Source: an uncultured Planctomycetota bacterium (GTDB lineage Bacteria > Planctomycetota > Planctomycetia > Isosphaerales > Isosphaeraceae). From it: DNA of 64,000 nucleotides. Both the position numbers and the translations under genes were made by a program. This document shows, piece by piece, positions 63,415 to 64,000 of this stretch. Each line of letters opens with the position of its first letter. Position 1 is the stretch's first letter. The stretch covers positions 1,408,001 through 1,472,000 of the forward strand of contig CAWGMQ010000008.1 of NCBI GenBank assembly GCA_963823665.1, written 5' to 3'. A model generated the notes under the pieces. The model searched no databases. It was given only the letters and a program-made list of their open reading frames with translations, and was not told the origin of the DNA.

Positions 63415-64000
63415 ATGCCGCCGACGAACGCCAACGATCCACTCCGCACCACCGATCACGCGCCGGATTCGGCACCGGTGGGTGCAGACGTCACTGACAA
63501 TTTCGCGGAAGGCTCACCTCCTGTCGATGGGAGCACGGCCGCGTATGTGCCGGGCGAGCGCACGCAGCCGATGGGTACGAAGTCGGAACGTGCTTCCGCA
63601 TCGATTGCAGTGCCCGGCTACGAGATCGAGGTCGTGCTCGGCCGCGGCGGCATGGGCGTGGTGTACAAGGCGCGGCACCTGGCCCTGAAGCGCATCGTGG
63701 CGCCGAAGATGGTGCTGGCCGGCGGACATGCCGGGCCGCGTGAGCTGGCGCGCTTCCGCATCGAGGCAGAGGCGGTGGCGCGGTTGCAGCATCCCAACAT
63801 CGTGCAGATTCACGAGGTCGGCGAGACCGGCGGACACGCGTACTTAGCGCTTGAGTTTGTCGAAGGGGGCAACCTCGCGGGCAAGATCGACGGCAAGCCG
63901 ATGCCGGCCCGGGACGCTGCCCGGCTGGTGGAGGCGCTGGCGCGAGCGATGCAACTGGCGCACAGCCGCAATGTGGTGCATCGCGATCTGAAGCCGGCCA
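63415..64000 (+). CDS. Hanks-type Ser/Thr protein kinase (runs off the window)
   Basis: LGRGGMGVVYKARH, VAPKMV, RLQHPNIVQI, LEFVEGG, HRDLKPA. Confidence 0.92.
   Translation, partial: MPPTNANDPLRTTDHAPDSAPVGADVTDNFAEGSPPVDGSTAAYVPGERTQPMGTKSERASASIAVPGYEIEVVLGRGGMGVVYKARHLALKRIVAPKMVLAGGHAGPRELARFRIEAEAVARLQHPNIVQIHEVGETGGHAYLALEFVEGGNLAGKIDGKPMPARDAARLVEALARAMQLAHSRNVVHRDLKPA

Overview
GC-rich bacterial window that looks like a Planctomycetota (probably Isosphaerales-like) chromosome segment. This is inferred from the Minf_1886-family gene, PVC-type CxxCH heme proteins, planctomycete-type LRR/ECF/Ser-Thr kinase genes and abundant REP-like palindromes. The core block is gpmA, rpsO-pnp, histidine kinase, sigma54 response regulator, mutL, aroDE, aroK, prepilin peptidase and LapA. 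Accessory content: (1) a TylF methyltransferase + GT2-GT2-TPR + GT4 cluster at the left end; (2) a three-gene bpX2 / vWA / bpX3-TPR conflict-system operon with no MoxR ATPase at the locus; (3) two related copies of a mostly non-coding element with an iteron-like GCCGTCA array, one with a helicase-like ATPase (51.5-54.7 kb, minus strand) and one without (6.3-7.5 kb, plus strand); (4) a right-end island with an LRR gene, a decayed Mu/IS21-like transposon end, and a receiver-TIR + HPr two-gene cassette bracketed by a ~660-bp direct repeat carrying a duplicated ICMT/PEMT-family gene. The REC-TIR/HPr cassette is the best candidate for an undescribed system. Many genes carry single-base frameshifts, most likely long-read assembly errors. 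I saw no rRNA, tRNA or CRISPR array. All family calls come from motif recognition by eye, not database searches.
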